Positions 1 to 11,797 of a stretch of DNA of 64,000 bases are shown here, in pieces. The translations under genes were made by a program, and so were the position numbers. This stretch comes from the human T2T-CHM13v2.0 reference genome, Homo sapiens. The DNA lies in assembly GCA_009914755.4 (NCBI GenBank), contig CP068257.2:17600001-17664000 (forward strand). Direction: 5' to 3'. The number at the start of each line of letters is the position of its first letter. Position 1 is the stretch's first letter. The notes beneath the pieces are model-generated. The model did no database searches. It was not told where the DNA came from and was given only the letters and a program-made list of their open reading frames with translations.

Positions 1-1824
1 GATAGAATTTTCAGAGGTCATCTGATTCTTGTTCAGGATCATTTCTTATCGATTGACCAGGAAATGGAACAGTTTGAGGTTTTCCTCTAATTATTTAAAG
101 CCATCTTCACTTATCTCATTATATATTTATAATGTTTCAAACTAATCATGATGATTATATCTTTATAAAGGTTACTGTAAGGGATTCAGCCTTCACTATA
201 AAAAAAAACTGCTGCAATTTCTTCAAAACATTAAATAATAGAAAGTGTAGCCACTGATTTGGAAAACCTGCATGTAAATAAGAGATCATCTGTTAATAAT
301 TTTAGTAATAATTTAGAACAATTTGTATACTTATGCTCATAGTTCCATAAACCACATATTGTGGTTTTCTGGGAAGTAATATGGTGCTATATAATATGAA
401 GATATCGTTACTCTTATGCAAAATGCAATATTAAAGCTTCTACTCAAGAAGTTTACACTTTCCATAGGTGCAAGTGTAGTTATACATTTGCATATTTAGT
501 TTGCATTGGAAATTACAGGGATCATTTTAAAGAAGTAATGTTGGATTAATTTTTATGCAGTTGTACTTTTTGGAAATAAAATTGTATTAATAATACCAAA
601 TGGTGCTTTTTTTGTTTGTTTTTAAATGGCAAAATCCCCAACCAACCTGCTCTGGTAGCTCCTAATGTATTTCAGGTAGATCCCCACAGCTCTTTGGAAT
701 GCGAGGCTAGAGGTCATTTAAATGAAATTTCATATAGAGACATATGTAAAAGCATTTCACTTAATTAGAAAGCATTATAAAATATATGTTCAAGCATTAT
801 TAAAGGAAATCGATTTCTGGATAAATAAGAATTTTAGTGAAATTGAATAGTATTCACATATACTGCCTGCTTGTTTCTGCTTTATTATTTTCTAACAAAT
901 AGAATCCACATAAAAATGTTGTATCTTAATTAAATATTTGAAGGTCAATGTTAAACTTATTTTTACTTTTACCAAAAAGTACATTTTACATATGACTATG
1001 TAATTAGGTATTTTTCTGAAATTGTCAGGAAGTACTGTGAGTAAAAGTGTAACTTCTGTGACCACGAAATAAATTTTGTTTTATGACAGTTTTTATTGAA
1101 TATGACTACAGCTAATGAAGTATTCATAAAATTATAGGTTTGGGAAAGACCTTGAGAATACAATTAGTCTATCTCCTTTCCTGATCACTTTAAGACACTT
1201 TATTATTCCATTTCATTCTGAGAACTACAGGGAAGATAATTTTATAAAATCTTTCTGTGATAATACATTTCAAGTCTTTTAAAGCAATGTGACAGTTCTC
1301 TTTTTTCAGAGGTCTGCTGCTCTGAACTATGTTTTATCTTTTAAAAGTGGCTGAAGATAATAATTTGTACCTACGAAAGTAGAATTTTCTTTTTTCCCTA
1401 TATTTACCTTTTACTTTTTTATTTATGATGAAAATACACATTCAAAAGGTAATCCTCCTCTTGAATATTTTTTCTGCTTTCATCTTAGTACCAGTAATGT
1501 CATCTCTTAAGTGATTCTTCTACCATTAAATAGATAATTTCATTTTTTTTAATGTCAGACTCTTTTGCAATTTTTAGCTGGAATAGATGTTGATTCAAAT
1601 TACTACTATAAGTTTCAAGGCCTTTTCACAGAATGATGTGTTAAAGCCAGCAACACAAGAAAAATGTAGAGGATCCAAGAGTTGATGCATAAGAACAAGC
1701 AGTCATATAAGCCATAGTGTTCATAGAAACCAGAGTGCCTTTAATGATCCGGAAAAAGTCTGTAATTGTTAATACTAGTACCTCATATTCCAAGGCACAA
1801 CCTGACACAGAAGAGACTCGCAGA

Positions 1825-2122
1825 TTTTTTTTTTTTTCTTTTAAGAGACAGGGTCCCGCTCCAACACCCAGGCTGCAGTGCAGCAACATGATCATAGTTC
1901 ACTGCAACCCTGAACTCCTGGGCTCAAGCAATCCTCCCACTTCAGCCTACCGAGTATCTGGCACTACAGGTGTGTGCCACCATGCCCAGATAATACTTTT
2001 TGTAGATACGGGGTCTCACTTGTGTTGCCTAGGTAGGTCTTGAACTCCTGGCCAAAAGTTATCTTCTGGACTTGGCTTCCAAAAGTTCTGGAATTGCAGG
2101 CATGAGGCACCATGCTCGGCCA
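1825..2122 (-). mobile_element. Alu SINE (older AluJ/S-like), full length, antisense
   Basis: + strand shows poly-T then gagacagggtc...cactgcaaccctgaactcctgggctcaagcaatcctcc...ggccagg, the reverse complement of the dimeric Alu consensus. Moderately diverged. Confidence 0.85.
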
Positions 2123-4094
2123 GGAACTCAGAATTGATTGATGTCCATGTCTATAATTTTTGGCAAAACTGAAATCCAGAGATGAAGTACCTCTATACAA
2201 AAGCGGGTACAAAGCAAAAACACATACATTTCTCCCTATATGCAAAAAAATAATAAAACTTCATTGTGACTTTCTTATCACTCTTAAAACTGAGGTTTCT
2301 AACACATACTTTACTCGAAACTCTATCTAGATTTCCATTTTGTTCCCAGTTCTTTGCTACTCTGTGCCCATATTTCATCAATGATTATGTACTGGCATTA
2401 TTTTCATTTTATCACTTTGAGAACACGAACTTAGGTTTATCTTTTAATTTTAATGTTTAATTTACAGGCCGTGAAAAAAGTACTTCTAGTTACGATTATA
2501 AAGAAAAATGAGAAAAGTAGGTAGCATGGATTTTTATACAAACTGTTTTTAACCTTTTTTAAAATAATTACCAGGCTCAAAGTGTGCTGATAAACTCTTT
2601 GGTATCCATCTCAGGAAAAAGAATTCATAGTAGCTGGATCACAAAGACTCTGTATCTAGTTTTACTTTCTTGATTGAATCAAAGAACAAGTCAAAAAATT
2701 GTTCAGAACACAACATTTTGATGTTATTAATTCAACAATAAAGTAAGAGTTTTACAAACTGCTGAAAGATAGGAACATTTGTGATTCCTGACCAGAGAGT
2801 AAAGATAAAGTTAGAAATTATGTAGCCTTCTGTAAAGGTTGCTTGGTTCATAAAGGCTAAAAAGACGAGGTGCTCTTAGAAGAAGTAGAAACTCTTCAAG
2901 GGAAACTGAGCTCTCTGTAAAGCAAGCAAAGGACAAATTCCTATGGAATCATTGTGTAAGAAAGAAAAGATTAGAACGAGAAATTTCAAAAGTATTACTT
3001 GACTGAGTGAATAATGTAGCGACAACACAATATTCCATCATAAAAATTTCTTCAGAGGCCTATATTAATGCAGCCCATTAATCCTTGGAATTCTTGGATA
3101 ATATATATTTCAAACATTCCCTGGTTGTCTGGTAGTTAGGGTTAGGCACTCTCCATATATATTTTTTCTCCTTTTATAAAAATAAATATAAAACTCATAA
3201 CAGACAAAGAGAAAATTGGAAAGAAGTTGATAAAATTCATCTCCAAAGAAAAAATGAAAATAACATAATTTGATATTTAAAAAAATCTAAAATACATTAT
3301 ACTTAACAACAATAGATAGAATCATGAAGGAGTCTTATTTGGGAGCTCATTAAGGCTAATTTAAATTTTAATAAGACAAGTGTTATTGCCAATCTGAGGT
3401 GTATAAATTTGTTAATTTCTATCATTAATTCTATTATTATCCTTCTCAAATTAATTCAGAGCTTAAAAATCATGTTACTATCTATGTAGTTACCTTTCCC
3501 TTTATTCTTCTAAGGCTGCATTGAGTTTATCAGAGAAAAGAATACCAAGGAATATTAATTAGTTATCTTGTTGTGTAGAATTTATTTAAAATTATAGCGC
3601 TTAAAACTTAGTTATAAATCCTAATATATTGCTATTACAGACATAAATTGTATTGGTGCTATCGTAATAAAAAAGCCATATGATATGAGATGTTAAAAAT
3701 AATTATTCATATTTGAAATAGAAGCCCTATATTTTAAAATGTTACAAAGAATAGACAAGAATACCATTCTAAATCCTTATATTTGTTTTCACTGATAGAT
3801 TATTCTTAGCTCCTTAGAGAGGTCATGGCCTCCAGGCATTTAATCTGTGGTTGAGAGATATTAACCTCTCTTTAACATTTTCACTGTAAGCTGCATAACA
3901 ATAAATTCATTTCCAGAAAGGAATAATTAGTGCAAACCTGGGTAAAATACCATCCAAAGTAGCTGTTAATGTTAATTTCTACATCTCATTATTTATTTTT
4001 GTGTGTTTTCTTAGGGAAGGGAAAAAATTATGTAAACACAGACAGACCCCTTCCTTTTTTGTATCATTATTCAGGCACGTGTCAAAAACCTTTC

Positions 4095-4175
4095 TACCAC
4101 CACATTCTGGCTGTGCAACTTTGATTAAGTCGCTTAACGTCTCTGAGCCTTAGTTCCTCATCTCCATGTGGGAAA
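4095..4175 (+). mobile_element. MIR (mammalian-wide SINE) 3'-core fragment abutting the pseudogene 5' end
   Basis: ctgtgcaactttgattaagtcgcttaacgtctctgagccttagttcctcatctccatgtggg closely parallels the remembered MIR core gtcacttaacctctctgagcctcagtttcctcatctgtaaaatgggg. Confidence 0.45.
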
Positions 4176-4183
4176 GCGAAGAG

Positions 4184-6022
4184 ATGGTCACCAAGGAGAA
4201 GCTGCAGTGTCTGAAAGATTTCCACAAGGACATCCTGAAGCCCTCGCTGGGGAAGAGCCAGAGAGCGCGGTCTGAGGACAAGGCCGAGGGAAAACCTCCG
4301 CAGAGGCAGAAGTGGTCTCGTCTAGCAAGATCGACTTGGTGATCTCCGTGGCTGGCGGCTTCGTGGGCCTGGTCAACGTCTGGCGCTTCCCATACCTCTG
4401 ATACAATAATGGTAAGGTGAATTTCTCATACTTTCCTGTTTGGAGCGGCCTGCCTGTGTTTTTCTTGGAGATCATCACAGGCCAGTACACCTCTGAAGGG
4501 GGCATCACATACTGGGAGAAGATCTGGCACTTGTTCTCTGGCATCGGCTCTGCCTCCATCGTAATTGTGCCCTTCCCGAACGTCCACTACATCGTCATCG
4601 TGGCCTGGGCTACAGACTACCTGTTCCAGTCCTTCCAGAAGGAGCTGCCCAGGGCACACTGCAACCACAGCTGGAACACGCCCCCCTGCATGGAGGACAC
4701 CATGCGCACGAACGAGAGTGTCTGGATCACCATCAGCTCCACCAACCTTACCTCCCCTGTCACTGAGTTCTAGGGGCGCAACGTGCTGAGCTTGTCCCCT
4801 GGAATCGACCATCCGGGCTCTTTGAAATGGGACCTCTCTCTCTGTCTTCTCTTTGTCTGGCTAGCCTGTTTCTTCTGCATCTAGAAGGATGTCAGGTCCA
4901 CGGGGAAGGTCGTCTACTTCACAGCCACGTTCCAGTTCGCCATGCTCCTGAGGCAGCTGGTCCGAGGGCTGATGCTGCCCGGCATGGGTGCCGGCATCAA
5001 TTTTTCTCTGTATCCAGACATCACCTGCCTCGAGGGCGCACAGGTGTGTATTGACGCTACGACCCAGATATTCTTCTCCTAGGCCATCTGCCTGGGGGCC
5101 GTGACCTCTCTACGGAGCTACAACAAGTACAAGTACAACTCGTACAGGGACTGCATGCTGCCTGGATGCCTGAACAGTGGTACCAGTTTTGTGTCTGGCT
5201 TTGCAATTTTTTCCATCCTGGACTTCATGGCACGAAAGCAAGGGGTGGCCATTGCTGACGTGTCTGAGTCAGGCCTGGCCTGGTCTTCGTTGCCTACCCC
5301 AAAGCTGTGACAATGATGCCACTGCCCACGTTTTCGGTCCCTTTTTGTTGTTGTTGTTGTTGTGCTTCTCTTGCTTGGACTGGATGACCAGTTTGTTGAA
5401 GTCGAAGGGGAGATCACGTCCTTGGTTGATCTTTACCCATCCTTCCTAAGGAAAGGTTATTGTCGGGAAATCTGCACCGCCTTCGTGTGTAGCATCAGCT
5501 GCCTGCTGGGGCTGACAATGGTAACGGAGGTTGGCGTCTATGTCTTTGACTACTACGCAGCTAGCGGTGTATGCCTTTTAGGGGCTGCGTTCTTTGACTG
5601 TATAGTTACTGCCTGGATATATGGTGTTGATAATATTTATGACAGTATTGAGAACGTGATCGGCTATCGGGCCGGGCCCTGGATGAAGTACAGCTGGGCT
5701 GTGATCACTCCATTTCTCTGTGTTGGATGTTTTGTCTTCTCGATCGTCAAGTACACACCCCTGACTTAACAACGAAACCTACGTGGACACCATCTGCACC
5801 ATCGGGCTGGGCTGGAGCCTGGCCCTTTCCTCCAGGTTGTGGGTTCCCTTGGTCATCGTCATCCGCCTCTGCCAGACCGAGGGACTGTTTCTCGTGAGAG
5901 TCAAGTAACTGCTGACCCTCAGGGAACCCAACCGCAGGGCTGTGGGGCGCGAGGGAGCCACACCCTACAGCTCCCGCTCCGTCATGAGCGGCGCTCTCAT
6001 GAAACCGACCCACATCATTGGG
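4184..6022 (+). pseudogene. SLC6A6P1: Processed (intronless) pseudogene of taurine transporter SLC6A6, disabled by multiple stops and frameshifts
   Basis: Continuous cDNA-like match to the SLC6A6 protein, recalled from memory, from [20 protein letters not shown] (here [20 protein letters not shown]) through [158 protein letters not shown] to the C-terminal [17 protein letters not shown]. The homology spreads over all three + frames, i.e. frameshifts. In-frame stops include TGA 4399-4401 (replacing the Cys of FPYLCYKNGG), TAG 4771-4773 and TAG 5080-5082 (Y to stop in FFSYAICLGA). The parent gene is multi-exonic, so an uninterrupted CDS means retro-copy. Homology stops abruptly at about 6022, 2 codons before the native stop, with no 3'UTR, poly(A) or TSD found. 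The symbol SLC6A6P1 (a chr21 pseudogene) is given from memory and not verified. Confidence 0.85.
5343..5365. repeat. (TTG)n microsatellite inside the pseudogene
   Basis: ttgttgttgttgttgttgttgtg at the position corresponding to the parental LFFIMLLLLGLD segment; a local expansion. Confidence 0.8.
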
Positions 6023-6974
6023 GGTAGGAAATGCTTTCTTTAAACTATTATTCTCTGGGTTCTTGTTTCTCTGCTTCATTGTTTTAGAGTTTACCTTTCA
6101 TATTAAAGTATTTACCCAAGTATGTGGGGACTTTTTATTTCTTTTCTTTGCAAGAATTATTTTTTTAATTACACTATTTGTAATAGAAAAGTTGAAACAT
6201 ACACAAAAGTAAAGGTACTATTATGATCAGTATGTATTCAGTATTTTGGTCAATCTTTCTTAATATAATTTTGTATATCTATATATAGATATATAGGTAC
6301 ATTATTTTGCTAGATTATTTTAAAGCAAATCTTACATAGCTTGCCTTTTCACCCAACAGTAATTTGGTATGCTTCATTAACTTTAATATTTTGATTTTAC
6401 ATTACCACCATGTCTTTAATAACTCAACAATATTCGTTACATTTTAATAATATTTTATACCCAGCCAAAATTTACATGTTTCTTATTGTTCTAAATGTTA
6501 TTTTAATTTTGCTTGCTTGAATTAGGATGCAAAGTTCACACACTGCATATTTGTTTACTTATTTTTAAAGAGGGAGTCATAATTTGGTACTCCTATGTCA
6601 TAAATAAAAAGTCAATAGGAGTAATTGAGTTACTCGTTTTCAATATTGGCAATTTGATGATTATATTCCTTTTAAAGTCGTATAACTATGGTTGGATACA
6701 TTGAGAGAGTTCATTTTCTCCTACTCATCAGTGTGTGTATGGATCTCTTTAGCAACATATCCAAAAAATTATAATCACCCTTCTGCTTAAACAATTCCAG
6801 GGACAAGAATTTCACCATTTCCAAGGATATCAAATATCACAGTATTTGATATGTTGAATCATTAGACTTTGTTCTCATGTGGAAAAAACATAATTCCACA
6901 TGGAATACATTGTTACTCTTCAATGATATATAGGATTATATATACTGATTCTACCAATTCTACATGAAATATGA

Positions 6975-8744
6975 CACATTATTTTTTAAATATGCAGACT
7001 TTATGTTTTAGAGCAGTTTTATGTATCACCTTACTCCCCTCTTCCAGCATGCACTGACATGGTATATTTGTTACAATTGATGAATCAATATTGGTACATT
7101 GTTGTAAAAGCCCACACTTTTCATTGGGGTTCACTCCTTGTGTTGTACATTTTATGGGTTTCCACAAATGTACAGTTGCATGTATCCATTATAACATTGT
7201 CATTAAGTACAGTTTCAATGCCTTAAAATCCCTGCCCATTGCCTGTTCATCCCTCCCTCCCTTTAATAAAATCCCTGGAAACCACTGATGTTTGAATGTC
7301 TTTTATGCTTTGCCTTTTCCAAAATATCATGTAGTTGAAATCACACAGTATGTTTTATTTTCAGATTGGCTTTTTTGTTTACTTAGCATGGAAGGTGCCT
7401 CTGTGACTTTCAATGGCTTAATAGCTCCTTTTTATCACTGAAAAATAATTTATTGTGTGGATAAAACAAAGTTTTTTATCCATTTACCTCTTGAAGAACA
7501 TCTTGGTTCTGTCTAATTTGTGGCAATTAAGAAAAAGCAGCTATAAGCATTTGTATGTAGGTTTTTAGCTGGTCATAGTTTTTCATCTTATCTGGATAAG
7601 TACCAAGGAAGGCACTTGCTGGATCATATTGGTGAGAACTTTGTATGAAGTTTTTTGTGAGCTTTGTGTGAATCTGCCAAACTAACTTCCAAGGTGGTTG
7701 TACAAGTTTGCATTCCTACCAGAAAAGAAAAGGAAACAAAACAAAACACAAACAAAAAACAAAGAAAAATACCCGAGTGTTTGCTCCATATGCATGTCTT
7801 GTCAAAATTTGATGTTGACAGTGTTTTGAAGTTTAGGTATTCTAATGTGTAATGATATCTTGTTGGTTTAATTTGTATTTTCCATATGTATGACATATGA
7901 TACAGAGCAACTTCTCATATGCTTATTTTTCATCTGTATCTTTTTTGATGAGGTGTTTGTTCTGATTATTTTCCAGATTTTTAATTGAATTGTTTGTATT
8001 TTTATTGCCATTGTTGTTGAGTTTCAATAGTTATTTGTCTATTTTGGATATCAGTCCTTTATCTGGTACATGTTTTGCAAAGATTTTTCTCCCATTCTGA
8101 GATTTGGTTTTTCATTCTCTCAACAGTATCTTTCACAGAGTAGAAAATTTTATTTTTAATGTGGTCCAAATTTACATTTTTTTTTCCTTTTTATGGATGG
8201 TGCTTTTGTGGTTGCATCAAAAAACATTTGCCAAAACCAGTCACTTAGATTTTCTCCCATGTTATCTTCTAGAAGTTTTTTTTTTTAATTCTACATCTAG
8301 ATTCATGAACCATTTTGAGTTAACTTTTATGAAAATCATAATTTTTGTCTTTTGCTTCATTTATTTGTATGTATAAGTTCGATTTTTCTTGTGCCATTTG
8401 TTGAAAAGGCTATCCTCTCTCTTTTCATTTGCCTTTCCCTCTTTTGTAAAAGATTATTTATTTATATTTGTATGGGTCTATTTTGGGGCTCCTTATTCTG
8501 TTCCTCTGAAGTATATGCCCAGTTTCTTCACCAGTGCCACGTGGTTTTGATTACAATTGCTGTATAGTAAGTCTTGAAATAGGGTAATGTCAGTCATCCA
8601 ACTTTGCTCTTTTTCATTGATATTGTGTTTTCTATTCTGAGATTTTTGCCTTTCCATTGCAACTCATTTCTCTCTTTTTTTTGGCAGATATTTTAACATT
8701 TAATGATATTAGTTCTATTTTCTTAATTGTCATACTTATCATCC
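6975..8744 (-). mobile_element. L1M-type (old LINE-1) 3' portion: ORF2 C-terminal region plus 3'UTR, antisense
   Basis: + strand carries the reverse complement of the typical L1M 3'UTR (ttagagcagttttatg..., tacaattgatgaa..., gggttcactccttgtgttgtacattttatgggtttccacaaatgtacagttgcatgtatccattataacattgtcattaagtacagtttcaatgccttaaaatccctgcc, catccctccctccc). Antisense ORF2-end motifs follow (gtaccaaggaaggcacttgctggatcatattggtgag, catgttttgcaaagatttttctcccattctgagatttggtttttcattctc). Confidence 0.7.
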
Positions 8745-10057
8745 ATGGAATATTTTATTTTATTTTATTATTTCCATAGGTTATTAGGGGAACAAGTTGT
8801 GTTTGGCTTATGAGTAAGTTCATAAGTGGTGATTTGTGAGATTTTGGTGCATCCATCACCTGAGCAGTATACACTGTACCCTAGTTGTATGTAGTCTTTT
8901 ATCCCTGGCCGCCTTCCCCCCTTTTCCTCCTGAGTACCCAAAGTCGTTGTGTCTTTTTTTTTTCTTTTGAGACAGAGTTTCCCTCTTGTCACCCAAACTG
9001 GAGTGCAATGGCACCATCTTGGCTGACCGCAACCTTTGTCCTCTGGGTTCAAATGATTCTCCTGCCTCAGCCTCCTGAGTGGCTGGGATTACAGGCATGC
9101 ACCACCACGACTGGCTAATTTTGTATTTTTAGTAGAGACTGTGTCTTTCCATGTTGGTCAGGCTGGTCTTGAACTCCCGACCTCAGGTGATCCACCCACC
9201 TCGTCCTCCCAAAGTGCTGGGATTACCGGCGGGAGCTATGGCACCCAGCCTATTGTGTCATTGTTATGCCATTGCATCCTCATAGCTTAGCTCCCATGTA
9301 TGAGTGAGAATATATGATATTTGGTTTTCCATTCCTGAGTTACTTCACTTGAATAATAGTCTCCAATTTCATCCAGGTCACTGAGAATGTCATTAATTCG
9401 TTTCTTTTTCTGCCTAAGTAGTATTCTATCGAATATATATATACCACAGTTTCTTTATGCACTCATTGATTGTTGGGCATTTGGGTTGGCTCTGTTTTTG
9501 CAATTGTGAATTGTGCTGCTATATACATGGATGGGCAAGTATCTTTTTCATATAGTGACTTCTTTCCCTCTGGGTAGATACCCAGTAGTGGGATTGCTGG
9601 ATCAAATGGTAGTTTTACTTTTAGTCCTTTAAGCAATCTCTCCACGCTGTTTTCCACAGTGGTTGTTTGTTTACATTCCCATTAGCAGTGCAGAAGTGTT
9701 CCCTATTCACCTCATCCATGCCAACATCTACTATTTTTTGATTTTTTTGATTATGGCCATTCTAACAGAAGTAAGGTGATATCACACTGTGCTTTTGATT
9801 TGTGTTTCCCTGATCATTAGTGATGTTGCACATTCTTTCATATGTTTGTTGGCCATTTGTATATCTTCTTTTGAGAATTGTCTATTCATGTCCTTAGCCC
9901 ACTTTTTGATGGGATTGTTTGCCTTTTTCTTGTTGATTTGTTTGAGTTCATTGTAGAATCTGGATATTAGTCCTCTGTCAGGTGTATAGATTGTAAAGAT
10001 TTTTTCCCATTCTGTGGGTTGTCTGTTTACTTTGCTGACTGTCCCTTTTCCCACTCA
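8745..10057 (-). mobile_element. L1 (L1PB/L1MA-like) 3' segment: ORF2 C-terminus, 3'UTR and A-rich tail (tail at low coordinate), interrupted by a nested Alu
   Basis: Minus-strand translation (ORF 9463-9657 ...FDPAIPLLGIYPEGKKSLYEKDTCPSMYIAAQFTIAKTEPTQMP; ORF 9782-10054 ...[80 protein letters not shown]) matches the L1 ORF2 C-terminal region. 8760-8940 is the reverse complement of the L1 3'UTR (gggaacaagttgtgtttggcttatgagtaagttc...tggtgcatccatcacctgagcagtatacactgtaccc). The T-rich tail lies at 8749-8790 on the + strand. Confidence 0.78.
8954..9250 (-). mobile_element. Alu SINE nested inside the L1 3'UTR, with TSD TTGTGTC
   Basis: poly-T then gagacagagtttccctcttgtcacccaaactggagtgcaatggcacc...gggattacaggcatgcaccaccacgactggctaattttgtatttttagtagagac...gcacccagcc. 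L1 sequence continues co-linearly on both sides. Flanks are gttgtgtc|Alu|tattgtgtc. Confidence 0.88.
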
Positions 10058-11797
10058 AAAGTTTCTAGCAACCGCAGTTAAAAAAGACAAAGTGGAACAT
10101 TATGTAATGATAAAAGGACTAGTCCAACAAGAAAATATCACAATCCTAGCCATACATGCACCTAACACTGGAGCTCCCAGATTTGTAAAACGATTACTAA
10201 TAGACCTAAGAAATGAGATAGACAGCAACACAGTAATAGCAGGGGACTTCAATACTCCACTGACAGCACTAGGCAGGTCATTAAGACAGAAACTCAAGAA
10301 AGAACAATGGATTTAAACTACACTCCGGAACAAATGGACTTAACACCTATATACAGAGCATTTTATCCAATAACCGCAGAATATACATTCTTTTCAACAG
10401 CATATGGCACTTTCTCTAAGATAGGTCATATGACAGGCCATAAAACAAGCCTCAATAAATTTAATAAAACTGAAATTATACCAAGCACTCTCTCAGACCA
10501 CAGTGTAATAAAGCTGGAAATCAACTCCAAAAGGAACCTTTGAAACTATGTAAATACATGGAAATTAAATAACCTTCTCATGAATGAACATTGGGTCAAA
10601 AATGAAATCAGGATGGAAATTAAAAAATTATTTGAACTTAATGACAATAGTGACACAACCTATCAAAACCTCTGGAACACAGCAAAAATGGCGCTAAGAG
10701 GAAAGTTTATAGCCCTAAACACCTACATAAAAGACTGTGAAAGAGCAAAAACAGACACTCTAAAGTCACACCTCAAGGAACTAGAGAAACAAGAACAAAC
10801 CAAATCCAGCAGAAGAAAGGAAATAACCAAGATCAGAGCAGAACTAAATAAAATTGAAATGAAAAATACAAAAGATAAATGAAACAAAAAGCTGATTCTT
10901 TGAAAAGATAAATAAAATTGGTAGACCATTAGCAAGATTAACCAAGAAAAAAAGAGAGAAAATCCAAATAAGCTCAATAAGAAATGAAACAGAGATATTA
11001 CAACTGACACCACAGAAATACAAAACATCATTCCAGACTACTATGAACACCTTTATGCGCATAAACTGAAAACCTAGAAGAGATAAATAAATTCCTGGAA
11101 AGATACAACCCTCCTAGCTTATATCATGAGGAACTAGATACCTTGTACAGACCAATAACAAGAAGCGACATTGAAATGGTAATTAAAAAATTACCAACAC
11201 GAAAAAGTCCAGGACCAGATGGATTCACAGCAGAATTCTATCAGACATTCAAGGAAGAGTTAGTACCAATTCTACTGATACTATTCCACAAGATAAAGAG
11301 GGAACCCTCCCTGAATTATCCTGTGAAGCCAGTATCATCCTAATACCAAAACCAGGAAAGGACATAACCAAAAAAAACAAACAAACAAACAAACAAAAAA
11401 AACTACAGGCTAAAATTCCTGATGAACATAGATCCTAAAATCCTTAGCAAAATACTAGGTAATCAAATCCAACAACATAAAAGACAATCCACCATGATAA
11501 AGTGGGTTTCATAGCAGGGATGCAAGGATGGTTTAACATGTGCAAGTCAGTAAATGTGATACACCACATAAACAGCATTAAAAACAAACATCATATGATG
11601 ATTTCATAGATGCAGAAAAAAATTCCACAAAATCCAGCATCCCTTTGTGATTAAAACTCTCAGTAAAATCAGAATACAAGGGAGATACCTTAATGTAATA
11701 AAAGCCATCTATGACAAACTCACAGCCAACAAAATACTGAATGGGGAAAAGTAGAAAGCATTCCCGCTGAGAACTGGAAAAACGGAAGAATGCCCAT
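10058..11797 (+). mobile_element. L1 ORF2 5' portion (endonuclease to mid reverse-transcriptase), opposite orientation to the adjacent L1 3' segment
   Basis: + frames translate to ...YVMIKGLVQQENITILAIHAPNTGAPRFVKRLLIDLRNEIDSNTVIAGDFNTPLTALGRS (EN domain), [114 protein letters not shown], and [44 protein letters not shown] (RT start). Homology decays after ...ctgagaactggaaaaacggaagaatgcc at about 11797. Confidence 0.8.

Noticed and set aside
1-1800. Possible additional ancient repeats (L2/MIR/MER) in the unannotated AT-rich stretches (also 2125-4090, 12000-17400, 25000-30900, 34100-39600, 58100-61900, 62400-64000)
   Set aside because: I could not recognise them confidently by eye against remembered consensus sequences. 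A fraction is probably old, highly diverged repeat, but naming families without a RepeatMasker run would be guesswork.
4184-6022. Functional SLC6A6 paralogue or novel transporter gene
   Set aside because: It carries multiple in-frame stop codons and frameshifts, has no introns, and is missing its C-terminal two codons. It is a dead retro-copy.
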